From Laetmonice hystrix (lineage: Eukaryota), in the NCBI GenBank assembly GCA_965235115.1, contig OZ249438.1, positions 22,196,001 through 22,260,000 on the forward strand: a stretch of DNA of 64,000 bases, in the 5' to 3' direction. A program made the translations under genes and the position numbers. Of this stretch, positions 41,936-54,830 are shown piece after piece; within the stretch, counting starts at the first letter, position 1; each line of letters begins with the position of its first letter. Below the pieces are notes generated by a model. It was not told the DNA's origin. It saw nothing but the letters and a program-made list of their open reading frames with translations, and did no database searches.

Positions 41936-43649
41936 ATGTCAGGAGTTCTAATATAGTTGGGCTCAATGAGTGACCAGATAGAAACAACCTGTAATTATGG
42001 ATAGGATCATTGATAGCAATATATTACAATTAGGTCCTAATAAGACAGATGTTAAGACGTCTTGGTATCTTTTCTGATCCATGTGTACTGCGCGGTCGGC
42101 GAAGATGTGCCGAGTATAAGGCGAATGTTTCCTTGGCGACGGTGGTGCCACCTGGTATGAGGATCAGCGAGCAGATCGGGGCGCGGCCATTAAAGGCGTA
42201 TTTTAATTTGGCCGGCAGAGAGAACCACTTCCCATCTTGGCCCTGGTAGTCAAGATTTCTACCGATATGCATTTGAGGGTCTTGTCATTGCGCCTGTCCC
42301 TTACAATCATAGATTGACCATAGGAGCTCCGAGCCGGGGCTAATGGACGCCTGAGAGTCTTAACATCAATCTGATTATGACCTAATTGCGCAGGAGTCTT
42401 GGCGTTATGTGTTCCCCGAGTAATCACCTCTGCCAGTGTATGAAGTGCTGGGCGCTTATAAGATGGCTGAAATTAGTTATTGGACGTCTCCGCCAGCCTC
42501 TCGGCTACGCTGGACGAGACATCAATAGCGAATATCATTGCGACTGTCCGCAAGGATCGCCCAGAGACACTCTCCAGTCGTGGGCCGAGCGCGAGCCACC
42601 AACCTAGCAGCTAAGCCAGGCGGAAACTCGCCCAGCTACCGGCTTTGTTCGTGGTAAAAGGCGCCGGGCGATGCCGGGTCCGCCGGCCGCTATCTTTTTC
42701 CCCCCTTTGAGGTGTCACTCGGAGCAGGTGACGAGGGCCGCCGAGGGTTCGGAGGAGTTCTTACACGTACGGTGTCCACGATGGAGACTCGGCGTTCCAG
42801 GGGCCACAGGAGGGTCAGTGCGACCGAAGGGGGTGTGGTGGTGGGGAGAGGGTGATGGTGAGTGGGGTGGGGAGGGAAGTGAGCTTCTCTCTCAGTCACC
42901 TCTCTCCCCTCCCCCTCTCTCACTGTACTGGTCCCCTATTCATAACGTGCATGGGATCCGAAACCGATTCGTTATTATCGCCTCCTCATCTCTGCGCGAG
43001 CCGTGCAGTCTAATAGCACATGCTGAACGATGGGCATCGACATGGGCACAACCAGGTTCTCATTAACGATACGTAACGTTACACCCGGGCAGCAGGCACC
43101 CAGCCCAACGCTGTATTCTTGTAATTAGTGAGCACCTTTGGAAATGGCCTCACCTGTCCAGAGAAACCGCCTCGACGGAAATAGTTCTTCATTGGAAGCT
43201 TTAAAGGACAGTTCATAACCTTTCCATTTCATAATGATGGTGGAAGCTTTTCTTAGAGATCTAGACTGTGATCTTAGGGCGGCTGCTGTGGGTGTTTCAG
43301 TGGAAATGTTGTGTTGTGTAGGGATCATGAGATTTACCAGTTATTACGTCTCTATCCCTTTCACAGTACATACGAAAGAAATAAATACATGATTGATACG
43401 CTCAAAGTCAGGCTTGGCGATTTTTTAAAAATCAGTTTCAATCTGAAACAGTGGTTATTTCAACTCGTATTTCGTTCTGGGTTTGACAATCTTATAGTAA
43501 TCTGTATGCATACCCTTAATTCATGCAACTCTGAGTAGATGTTTCATTATATAAACAGTATAATACAAAATAAGTGCCTTAATAAATATAGGATATACAC
43601 TAGTCTTTCTTCAATCACAGAACTTCTGCAAGTATAGCGGAAACTGGGA

Positions 43650-44441
43650 CCAAGCAAAGGTTGCCCTTCCACGTCAGTGTAACAACATCATTCCACAGAA
43701 CCTCGGCCAAGCAAAGGTTGCCCTTCCACGTCAGTGTAACAACATCATATCACAGAACCTCGGCCAAGCAAAGGTTGCCCTTCCACGTCAGTGTAACAAC
43801 ATCATATCACAGAACCTCGGCCAAGCAAAGGTTGCCCTTCCACGTCAGTGTAACAACATCATATCACAGAACCTCGGCCAAGCAAAGGTTGCCCTTCCAC
43901 GTCAGTGTAAACAACATCATTCCACAGAACCTCGGCCATGAGCAAAGGTTGCCCTTCCACGTCAGTGTAACAACATCATATCACAGAACCTCGGCCAAGC
44001 AAAGGTTGCCCTTCCACGTCAGTGTAACAACATCATAGCACAGAACCTCGGCCAAGCAAAGGTTGCCCTTCCACGTCAGTGTAACAACATCATACCACAG
44101 AACCTCGGCCAAGCAAAGGTTGCCCTTCAACGTCAGTGTAACAACATCATAGCACAGAACCTCGGCCAAGCAAAGGTTGCCCTTCCACGTCAGTGTAACA
44201 ACATCATATCACAGAACCTCGGCCAAGCAAAGGTTGCCCTTCCACGTCAGTGTAACAACATCATATCACAGAACCTCGGCCAAGCAAAGGTTGCCCTCTC
44301 ACGTCAGTGTAACAACATCATATCACAGAACCTCGGCCAAGCAAAGGTTGCCCTTCCACGTCAGTGTAACAACATCATATCACAGAACCTCGGCCAAGCA
44401 AAGGTTGCCCTGTCACGTCAGTGTAACAACATCATATCACA
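43650..44441. repeat. Minisatellite, 57-bp unit, about 14 copies
   Basis: Unit CCAAGCAAAGGTTGCCCTTCCACGTCAGTGTAACAACATCATATCACAGAACCTCGG. Confidence 0.98.
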
Positions 44442-46127
44442 AGTGTAAAGAACTGTTATAAACACATACTTTATTTTCATGGAGGTCTTGAAATCGGGTA
44501 GCCTCACACCGAGCGCCAAACAAGTGATCGGTTTCCTTGCCGACCCTACAAGGAGTATATGCAGACATTGTTATATTCCGTTACTTTGACCGGCCACGGT
44601 GTTGCTGCGTGCTATAATTTACCAGGACCCTCTAATGTGATCCCGTGGGCGTTCAAGCATTTTATCGAGCGTATGATGTACGCCTTTCCCAATGGTTGTC
44701 GTTGTTGCCCCTCTCCCAAATTACATCAAGTCGTTGTAGCCCTACATAATGACCGCACCGATCGCCCGAGTTCGTCTCCCTCAACGTTCTACTAGACTGC
44801 ACTCCTGAATCACGGCTATTTCCGCTCTCCTGGAATGGAGGTGTGATTTTATTGTATACGAGTGGAGACTCGGAGAGCGGTGGAGGCCGCTAGCCGAGCT
44901 ACTTGCCAGGGAGCGGACTGTTCGGGGCTATTAGATAGGGCGTAGGGCTAATTGGACGGGCGAGGCGAGATACTCCCAATCTTAGACCGGACGCAGGCGC
45001 CAATGATCGGATCAGCTCGGGTAGAAAATTTCCATTTTCTCCCAGCATCCCCGACCAGGTGACAAAGTCGCCAATGGATTAATCCTAACGGTAGTAAAAT
45101 AATTTCAACACCCGCCGAGGCGCGCACCCAGCTTGGCTGGGACCCGGTCGGTGGCCGGCCGGTCGGCCGGTGTGCCGAGTGGTGGGCTTGGCGGGAGGAG
45201 AGACACTAATTGACCGGAGTGGTAACTGGGCTGCAGGCCATGGCGCCACAGCCGTGTGCCGCACAGGGAGTGCAGATGAAAGCGACGTAATTTGTTTTTG
45301 TTTGAGACCGCTCGCTAATGACAGGGATCCGTACGAGATTCTGGCCAATATGTCGGCGTGAGATGGGAACGCCGGGAGCCGGGGGAATAGGGTGGCAGAT
45401 TGATTCGGGGTGCTAAACTGGGGACATAATTACCCCCTGAGTCTCACCGGGGTGGTCCCGGCCGCCCGGACTCGCGGGGACGAGCTCTCTCTCTTCCCTC
45501 GGGACCCCCACATCCGTCTACCCCACCCCTCGCCGGCGACCGGACGCACCGTCCAAACCACAGCTTCTATAATCACTTGCCCAGGAAAAAAAGAGAGATG
45601 GAATTGACATGTGGACGGGCGACACTCGGAGGAAGCGCCAAAGTTGTATAATTGATGGACGACATTTGACTGGGATAAGAAATCAATCAAGACGTGAGAG
45701 CCCAGGGGGAGGGGGGACAGATGGCCCCAGGGACGGGCCGGGCGCCCTGCCCCACCCCACAGGCCATCATTTGTGTCACCGTCTCAGGATCTATGGCGTA
45801 TCGTATACACAGCATGTAATGATCAAACAAACTTAGCTTGCTCGGCCAGGCCATACAACCTTGCTGTGTCAATGGTGTTTGTGCTCGCCATTGTAGCGTA
45901 GTGTAAGCAATCGCTGGCAGCAAACAATCTGGGCTGTGAGTAGTATACTAAAACACCACTTTACTGCAGGCTAAATTAACACCAGTCCGACGAGTCCGAA
46001 CCAAGCACCATGTCGTTAGACTCGAAAATATCTCCTGGAGAATAGTGGGAATGTATGGTTATGTATGTCAATCAACGCCAGTAATGATATAACTGAAACA
46101 GACCTGCGCGATTGGCGGTAATACTAT

Positions 46128-49008
46128 AAGTGTGTAGGTATGCATAGATGCAAGTATGGGTATAGATATACGTAGATGTAGGCCTACAGATTGTATACAG
46201 CTATAGATGTAAGTATGGGTGTAGGTAAAGATGTACAGATTGTATAGTTATAAGATGTAAGTATGGGTGTAGGTATGGATGTACAGATTGTATAGAGCTA
46301 TACATGTAAGTATGGGTGTAGGTATAGATGTACAGATTGTATAGAGCTATAGATGGAAGTATGGGTGTAAGTATAGATATACAGATTGTATAGAGCTATA
46401 GATGTAAGTATGTGTGTAGGTATAGATATACAGATTGTATAGAGCTATAGATGTAAGTATGGGTGTAGGTATAGATATACAGATTGTATAGAGCTATAGA
46501 TTAAGTATGGGTGTAGGTATAGATATACAGATTGTATAGAGCTATAGATGTAAGTATGGGTGTAGGTATAGATATACAGATTGTATAGAGCTATAGATGT
46601 AAGTATGGGTGTAGGTATAGATATACAGATTGTATAGAGCTATAGATTAAGTATGGGTATAGGTATAGATGTACAGATTGTATAGAGTTATAAGATGTAA
46701 GTATGGGTGTAGGTATAGATACAATGTATACAGATTGTATAGAGCTATAAGATGTAAGTATGGGTGTAGGTAAAGATGTACAGATTGTATAGAGCTATAT
46801 ATGTAAGTATGGGTATAGGTATAGATGTACAGATTGTATAGAGTTATAAGATGTAAGTATGGGTGTAGGTAAAGATGTACAGATTGTATAGAGCTATAGA
46901 TGTAAGTATGGGTGTAGGTAAAGATGTACAGATTGTATAGAGCTATAGATGTAAGTATGGGTATAGGTATAGATGTACAGATTGTATAGAGTTATAAGAT
47001 GTAAGTATGGGTGTAGGTAAAGATGTACAGATTGTATAGAGCTATAGATGTAAGTATGGGTATAGGTATAGATGTACAGATTGTATAGAGCTATAGATGT
47101 AAGTATGGGTGTAGGTATGGATGTACAGATTGTATAGAACTATAGATGTAAGTATGGGTGTAGGTATAGATGTACAGATTGTATAGAGCTATAGATGTAA
47201 GTATGGGTGTAGGTATAGATATACATATTGTACAGATGTAAGTATGGGTGTAGGTATAGATATACAGATTGTATAGATCTATAGATTAAGTATGGGTGTA
47301 GGTATAGATATACAGATTGTATAGAGCTATAGATTAAGTATGGGTGTAGGTATAGATATACAGATTGTATAGAGCTATATATGTAAGTATGGGTGTAGGT
47401 ATAGATGTACAGATTGTATAGAGCTATAGATGTAAGTATGGGTGTAGGTATAGATGTACAGATTGTATAGAGCTATAGATGTAAGTATGGGTATAGGTAT
47501 AGATGTACAGATTGTATAGAGCTATAGATGTAAGTATGGGTGTAGGTATGGATGTACAGATTGTATAGAACTATAGATGTAAGTCTGGGTGTAGGTATAG
47601 ATGTACAGATTGTATAGAGCTATAGATGTAAGTATGGGTGTAGGTATAGATATACATATTGTACAGATGTAAGTATGGGTGTAGGTATAGATATACAGAT
47701 TGTATAGATCTATAGATTAAGTATGGGTGTAGGTATAGATATACAGATTGTATAGAGCTATAGATTAAGTATGGGTGTAGGTATAGATATACAGATTGTA
47801 TAGAGCTATAGATTAAGTATGGGTGTAGGTATAGATATACAGATTGTATAGATCTATAGATTAAGTATGGGCGTAGATATAGATATACAGATTGTATAGA
47901 GTTATAAGATGTAAGTATGGGTGTAGGTATGGATGTACAGATTGTATAGAGCTATAGATTAAGTATGGGTGTAGGTATAGATATAGAGATTGTATAGAGC
48001 AATAGATTAAGTATGGCTGTATGTATAGATATACAGATTGTATAGAGCTATAGATGTAAGTACGGGTGTAGGTATAGATATACAGATTGTATAGAGCTAT
48101 AGATTAAGTATGGGTGTAGGTATAGATATACAGATTATATAGAGCTATAGATTAAGTATGGGTGTAGGTATAGATATACAGATTGTATAGAGCTATAGAT
48201 TAAGTATGGGTGTAGGTATATACAGATTGTATAGAGCTATAGATTAAGTATGGGTGTAGGTATAGATATACAGATTGTATAGAGCTATAGGCCTAGATTA
48301 AGTATGGGTGTAGGTATATACAGATTGTATAGAGCTATAATTAAGTATGGGTGTAGGTATAGATATACAGATTGTATAGAGCTATAGATTAAGTATGGGT
48401 GTAGGTATAGATATACAGATTATATAGAGCTATAGATTAAGTATGGGTGTAGGTATAGATATACAGATTGTATAGAGCTATAGATGGAAGTATGGGTGTA
48501 GGTATATACAGATTGTATAGAGCTATAGATTAAGTATGGGTGTAGGTATAGATATACAGATTGTATAGAGCTATAGGCCTAGATTAAGTATGGGTGTAGG
48601 TATATACAGATTGTATAGAGCTATAATTAAGTATGGGTGTAGGTATAGATATACAGATTGTATAGAGCTATAGATTAAGTATGGGTGTAGGTATAGATAT
48701 ACAGATTATATAGAGCTATAGATTAAGTATGGGTGTAGGTATAGATATACAGATTGTATAGAGCTATAGATGGAAGTATGGGTGTAGGTATATACAGATT
48801 GTATAGAGCTATAGATTAAGTATGGGTGTAGGTATAGATATACAGATTGTATAGAGCTATAGGCCTAGATTAAGTATGGGTGTAGGTATATACAGATTGT
48901 ATAGAGCTATAATTAAGTATGGGTGTAGGTATAGATATACAGATTATATAGAGCTATAGATTAAGTATGGGTGTAGGTATAGATGTACAGATTGTGTTAT
49001 AGATGTAT
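46128..49008. repeat. Satellite array, about 49-bp monomer (about 59 copies) with higher-order structure
   Basis: Monomer GATGTAAGTATGGGTGTAGGTATAGATATACAGATTGTATAGAGCTATA and shorter variants. Diagnostic variants recur at about 148, 431 and 286 bp spacing. Confidence 0.98.
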
Positions 49009-49013
49009 AAAGA

Positions 49014-49122
49014 GATGCATTAACAATTTAACACTCTGCCCTTTGCACTCGCTACTATTGTAGCACCCCGGTGTATAAAAGTGCAAGAAATTTCCGAATT
49101 CCTTGCAACTCTGGACCAAAGT
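49014..49122 (+). repeat. Dispersed repeat copy B, abutting the 3' end of the 49-bp satellite
   Basis: See copy A at 35463-35574. Confidence 0.7.
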
Positions 49123-51983
49123 CTACAGCATAATGTATGCATCATACTTATACATATGTAAATATAATATACAAATAGCATCAGAGTGTTATTTGATTAG
49201 GAATGTCATTAACATACCCTTGGCCTTGCCCAGCCCTGTGTGGTCTGTGGATGAGGTAGAACCAGGGATGGCAGACCTATGCAGTAGGTTGGGAGCATGC
49301 AATTTGTGTGCCGTCCTTCGTCACACCATAAGATGTTCCGGCCCAAGCCGCCCCTTTTTCCGCATTAGCAAAGCTTCATCTTTTCGTGTTAAATGCATTC
49401 GTCATCATCATGGATATGATGAGCGTAATTATCTTTAACATGCTTATCTTCACATCGTGAATCCTATTAGCATAATAAATACCATTTGAACGTCATTATT
49501 ATCGACGGCCAGTTATTACGTAAGTGCATGGCCGTAGGCAGGCATGCCTTACCTATGGCTAGGACTACTCGACGCGCCGGGTCGCCGTGTGGGCTAACAC
49601 ACTCTATTTCCTTATCTAGTCGAGGATGTCTTCATACAACATTCATGCCGCGAGCAAATTTGATTAAAGTTGATAATTATAAGGAATCGGTTGTTAATTG
49701 CATTTTGCGTTCGACCATATTCGAAGGCCATTTAGAACTCTCAGAGCGGCGTGTTGCTTTTCATGTCGAACATCATTTTCTTGTACAAAAGGAGACGTGA
49801 TTAAAATCTAATTTGTCCGCCTTTTTATGAAAGCACTGCAGTAGCCGCGGCGTACGCTGAGCAGGCCGCACGTGCAAAGTAAGTGCAGCTTGCTATGTTC
49901 CCGCTCGAGCGAGCTGAGGTTCGAGGGTCCATAGTTTTCCAGGGTTGTGCCAGTTACAGCGTACAACCTTGCGATACGTCAGGGCCGTGATCATCTAACG
50001 ACGACATGTCGTTAATGGACGTGAATGACCGTCTATAGTCGTACATCGTCTTTGATTACATCCATTCATGACGAAACGGAACACTTACAATATTCATAAG
50101 TTTCTGATTTGTCTTTGAAGGTTTGAACAGAAATGATGATTTCTCCAAAGTCAAGTGGAGGGGACGTATCTGTATCAACACGTAGATTCTCTACAGGAAT
50201 GCAGCTGTCCATTTTACTATATCCCTCTCGATGAAGTACGTACGGCTATAATAGAGGTATGCATCCAGGGCTGCGAGTAATGGGAAATATAATACACTTT
50301 ATTCTACAACTTGGGTTTCAATACGGATAGAAGTGGCCCAAACCTGCACGATTTCTCGTCTGCTCATCACTATCTTATAGATGCTCTACACCAAGACCGT
50401 TTTAATTGCGTCTGTCTTATTTCATTCCTCATTTGTCGTGACAACCATGTGTGTTTTACATTTTCAGTACGCATCGTTGGATACCTTCTCAGATACAACT
50501 GATCAAGAGAAATTCCCGGGCCAAGGCCCATCTCAATATTGAATTACGGTCTCGTATTTCGAAGCCGGCTTCAAATACATGTTTGAAATTGAGATGCTGC
50601 CGTTGGATGCCTTCCAGTGACCAGACAACCAAACAGATGGATTGGGGATTTGGAGCCGTCACTGGAAAAAAATGGTCGAGAAACGTGATCCACACTCTAC
50701 GATCGGCCTCGGCTTAAGCAGTAGCTGATGAATCTGAAGCAGCATGAGCACTGCAGCACGACCATCAACACCAGCAGGAGCAATAACAACGGCACGAGCA
50801 ATGCAATAGCTCTCATTAGCCCATGGGGGGGGGGGGGGTGTATCCTAAGTAGACCACGTTTCAAAGTGATTTTTCAAGTCTGAACGAACTCGTGACGCAA
50901 TTTAATTTGATGGATCGGTGACCTCCTAGGCTGGCGCTGGTCACCAAAGCCCGCAGTCCGCATACTTTCAGCGCAACTCCTGCAGGCTCGGTGCCAATAC
51001 AATGTATATTTCCCGAGCGTCTCATTTAAAGACATATACCCAAGCAGACTTTTAAATAAAAGTAAGTCATGCACCGTGTATAAAAATATAGTGAACGTTC
51101 TGATCTTTGAATTGATTAGAACTTCCAGGTATAGCCGTTCGTGGACCAGATGGTCTCTTGGTCTGAGCAGCAGTCGAGATGGAAAAAAGGGAATTTTGGC
51201 TACGACGGCTGTAATCAATTTCAGCACTGAAGAAAGCAGACTGCGGGGGCAATATAATATTATTTCGCTGTGTTCGGAGGGTCCAGCGGCTCTGTGATGG
51301 GTCGATGTTGTAATGAAAACGATGTCAGGGTGGGTAATATAACCCTGGTCGGTTGCTGTCTGTGATGGCGAAGGTAGCAAGACGACACATTCCGATGGCG
51401 TGACTCATTCAGTGAATCTCAGCCGGGCAATACCTCGACAGAAGACAATGGTAGCCCTCCTTCTCTCTGCTTCCCTTGGGCGATAAACTTAAACGTCCCC
51501 CTCCCTCTCCTCCACGCCCCCTCCACCCCCACCCCCACCCCCCACCCCTCCCAACACACACAGCCACCGCCAACCATCACACCTCACAGGACATGAAACG
51601 CTAAAAATGCCTCTGTGAATTCACCTCATCAAAGGTCGCTGACATGACGACAAGGTCCAACAAGTACCCCGCTCCCTCCCACCCCTATCTTCATGCACCC
51701 TCCCTCTACCCATGTCATCAGACGTATCACCCTGGCCCAAACTGACCGTCCATCCGGAACCTCTCCATGCATGCAGTGTCTGTGGTTGTGTTTGGAGAGG
51801 TTGCGTCCCTCATCACCATGGATACGGATACCACGGACGGTGCTGCCTCCACCGTCAGCGGCGACCACCAGCGTTACCACCAGTCGGGTACGTACGTCCT
51901 CCAGTACCGTGGGTTGAGTCACTGGAGGAGCGTCACTCCGGGCAAAAATACTGCCAGAGACTGGAAGCAACCTCTATGTACTG

Positions 51984-52157
51984 TAATCTGTGCACGTGTA
52001 CCCTATACCAATAATCTGTGCACGTGAACCTACCAATAATCTGTGCACGTGAACCTACCAACAATCTGTGCACGTGTACCTACCAATAATCTGTGCACGT
52101 GTACCTATACCAATAATCTGTGCACGTGTACCTATACCAATAATCTGTGCACGTGTA
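51984..52157. repeat. Minisatellite, 25-28-bp unit TAATCTGTGCACGTGTACCTA(TA)CCAA, 7 copies
   Basis: Units start at 51984, 52012, 52037, 52062, 52087, 52114, 52141; each contains CACGTG. Confidence 0.95.
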
Positions 52158-54817
52158 GCTAACAACGGTTTACTTACAGCATGGCACATATTACATGGTT
52201 GTACTCTAGGTACATGTATACAAGCTTCACCCGCTTATGCTTTGAATTTACATGTTATATCGTGATATACGACAACAATTACATATATATATATATTTGT
52301 AAATACATGTATAATAACTATGCACAGACATGGATAATACATTGAAGATATGAATATAAATATGAATGTTAACCTCCATCCACTCATCCATACAAGCTGA
52401 TGCACATATAATGTAGGCCAACATATACATGCATACATCCCCTATAGTACATATTTTACATTATTTTGACATTCCATACGACCTTTTCTACTACTCCCCC
52501 TGAGGTCCCTGTATAAGCCTATAAGTCGTACCAAGTTAGTTCCTGCTCTCAGGTTAAGAGTAGGGTCAGCTCCCGATCTGGGTGACATGGCGATGGACTC
52601 TCTGACCAGACTTTGATGATATTCATATAATGTCGCCCTTCCCTCACACCTCGACTGTACCCGTTCCCCCCTGTTGCTGAAGTCGCTGCAATTTGACCCT
52701 TACATTGTGACGGCCGTGCCTGGCCAGACTCGCCAATTCTCCGCCCCTGGCCACCTCCGCCCTCCACCACTGCCCCCACCTTCACCCCGAGCATCACCCT
52801 CCGGCCCTCCCAGGGACGCGTGGCCGGCTAATCCTGCGCGATCTCCGGATCATCGCGTGATGCCAGGCATAAAACCATCAAAGTGTCACCGACACGAGCG
52901 CCGCCCTCCGCTCGTGGACGTAAGATGACCACACGCGATCGGTCGACCGATCGCGGCCGTGTCACGCGGGGCGTCGAGTGGCTAGCTGTAGGCGTCACGT
53001 CCCGATCGGTGCCCGGCCGCCCTCCCACCCTGCCATACCCGGCGGACGGTACGGCCGGACACGCCGTCCACAGTGGCCGGTCAGCCATCGAACACGCTGC
53101 CCCCGGGGGTCGTGGGGCGGGCTGGATGCGGGCAGCGACACGAGGCGTGACCCGACCGATATCGGCCTCGAATACGACATCAGTTCCGGGCCTGGACCGG
53201 TCATGACCGCCAACCTGCCCACACGTGCAGCGATAACACATCTCGATCTCTGCAGACGGTCAGGCAGGCCCCGGTCACACCTGTAGCAAGGTCAGCACGG
53301 CCACCGCATGCTAGTAGTACACGAAATTGGGCGTTTGTAGCGGGCACCAGGCCCATTGATCGCACAATGAACACGTCAAAATCAAATAGTTCTTCGCCTG
53401 TCAGCAGACAAGACGAAGTGGTTTGAGTTATTCTGATCCCACTCATGATATAAAAGAGGCGTTTGATCTAAAAGAGCATGTTCTTGTTCTGCTGCGAGCC
53501 CTTGGTCTAAGGTCATGGACAGCGCAACTACTCATCACGTCTGGTCATTACAGTAATGACACCGCGCCCGTCCACAGTTAGCCCTCATCATACGTACACG
53601 ACCTGTAATATGGAGTCAGCCAGTCAATAATCCGCCTGCCCATATCTCCTTTCTCCTTCTCCTTCTCATCGGTTCCGCCCAGGAAGGGTCAGACAAGATC
53701 GTGGCGGGTAATTGAACCCTTCGACCGGTGTCCGGCCATCGGTTTCGTTCTGCCTGTGCTCCTTTACTGAGATGGAAGCTCGACCCGTGCGGAGAGCAAA
53801 GTGTCCGCCAATATTTGACAATGGCGCAATGTGTGGGAGTAATGGACGATGAGATCAAAGCGTCCAGGCGCTGATCCGTGGTGTGCTCGCCTTGCCCAGG
53901 GGCGCTGGACATTGATCTCAGACTGGAGCGACCCTCAGCCCGGGCGTCCGTCTGCACGCCCTGACGGCCGCTCCAAGGCTCCGTCACCAGACACACCCTT
54001 GTCATAATAACACACAAGTACACATGTAATGTTATCGATGCCAATAAGACGTGCCATCAAAGATCTCCCGCGGGGCTCGCACTGCCACACCCCAACCCCG
54101 ACCCTAGGGGTGCTGGGGGTGGTTGGGGATTGAAGGGAAGATGTGGGGCAGGGGGAGGTGAACTGCCCACCAGGCTAATGGCTGCATGGCCTTATTGGGC
54201 CATATCTGCTGTCTTCTTTAACTGCAGGGCAGTCGTTGGATGTGTGCGGGAGGGGAGGCGGGCAGGGCAGCAGGTACTTGACCGCCACCTAGATATGTCA
54301 TGACAGTGGCACATCATCAGGGTCCTCTTTATATGATTAATGACAAACAGGAGGACTATTGTCTAGTGTCCGACTACTGCAGGCAGCGGGTGGGGTGGGG
54401 TTGTCGGTGGGTGGGGGTGGCCCCGTGTTAGTACGTCCCCACATCGGGTCAGTCCAGGCGATGACTTTCACGAAGAGATCTTGTCGCCCCGTTAACCATT
54501 AGCTGTCCCTACTTGTTCTAAGGCCTCCACTAAGTGGCGCTTAAGCTTGGCCCCGTAACACCCGGGCGATAAATACAATCATTACTGGCACGAGTTTACA
54601 ATCCCCGAAAGTCCAATGAACGCATCAGTCGTAATAGCATTTGTTGTCCCGGGCAATAGCCACCCACTAGCCCGATTGCCCGTCCATTTGCCTGGTCATT
54701 TAACGTCCAGAATGGTTGGAGTGGCCAGGATTATTGATTTCGGTAACTGATTACAGGGTCGGGATGATCCAAAACTGCCAGTGCAAGAAAAGGTCTGCAC
54801 ACCGGTCGGGTAATGTG

Positions 54818-54830
54818 GGGTCAAGGGTCA
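54818..54830 (+). promoter_or_regulatory. Nuclear-receptor DR1 element GGGTCA-A-GGGTCA
   Basis: Exact RGGTCA-n-RGGTCA match. Motif evidence only. Confidence 0.3.

Noticed and set aside
50874-51380. 168-aa non-repeat ORF
   Set aside because: No recognisable family motif or splice context; ORFs of this size can arise by chance in 64 kb.
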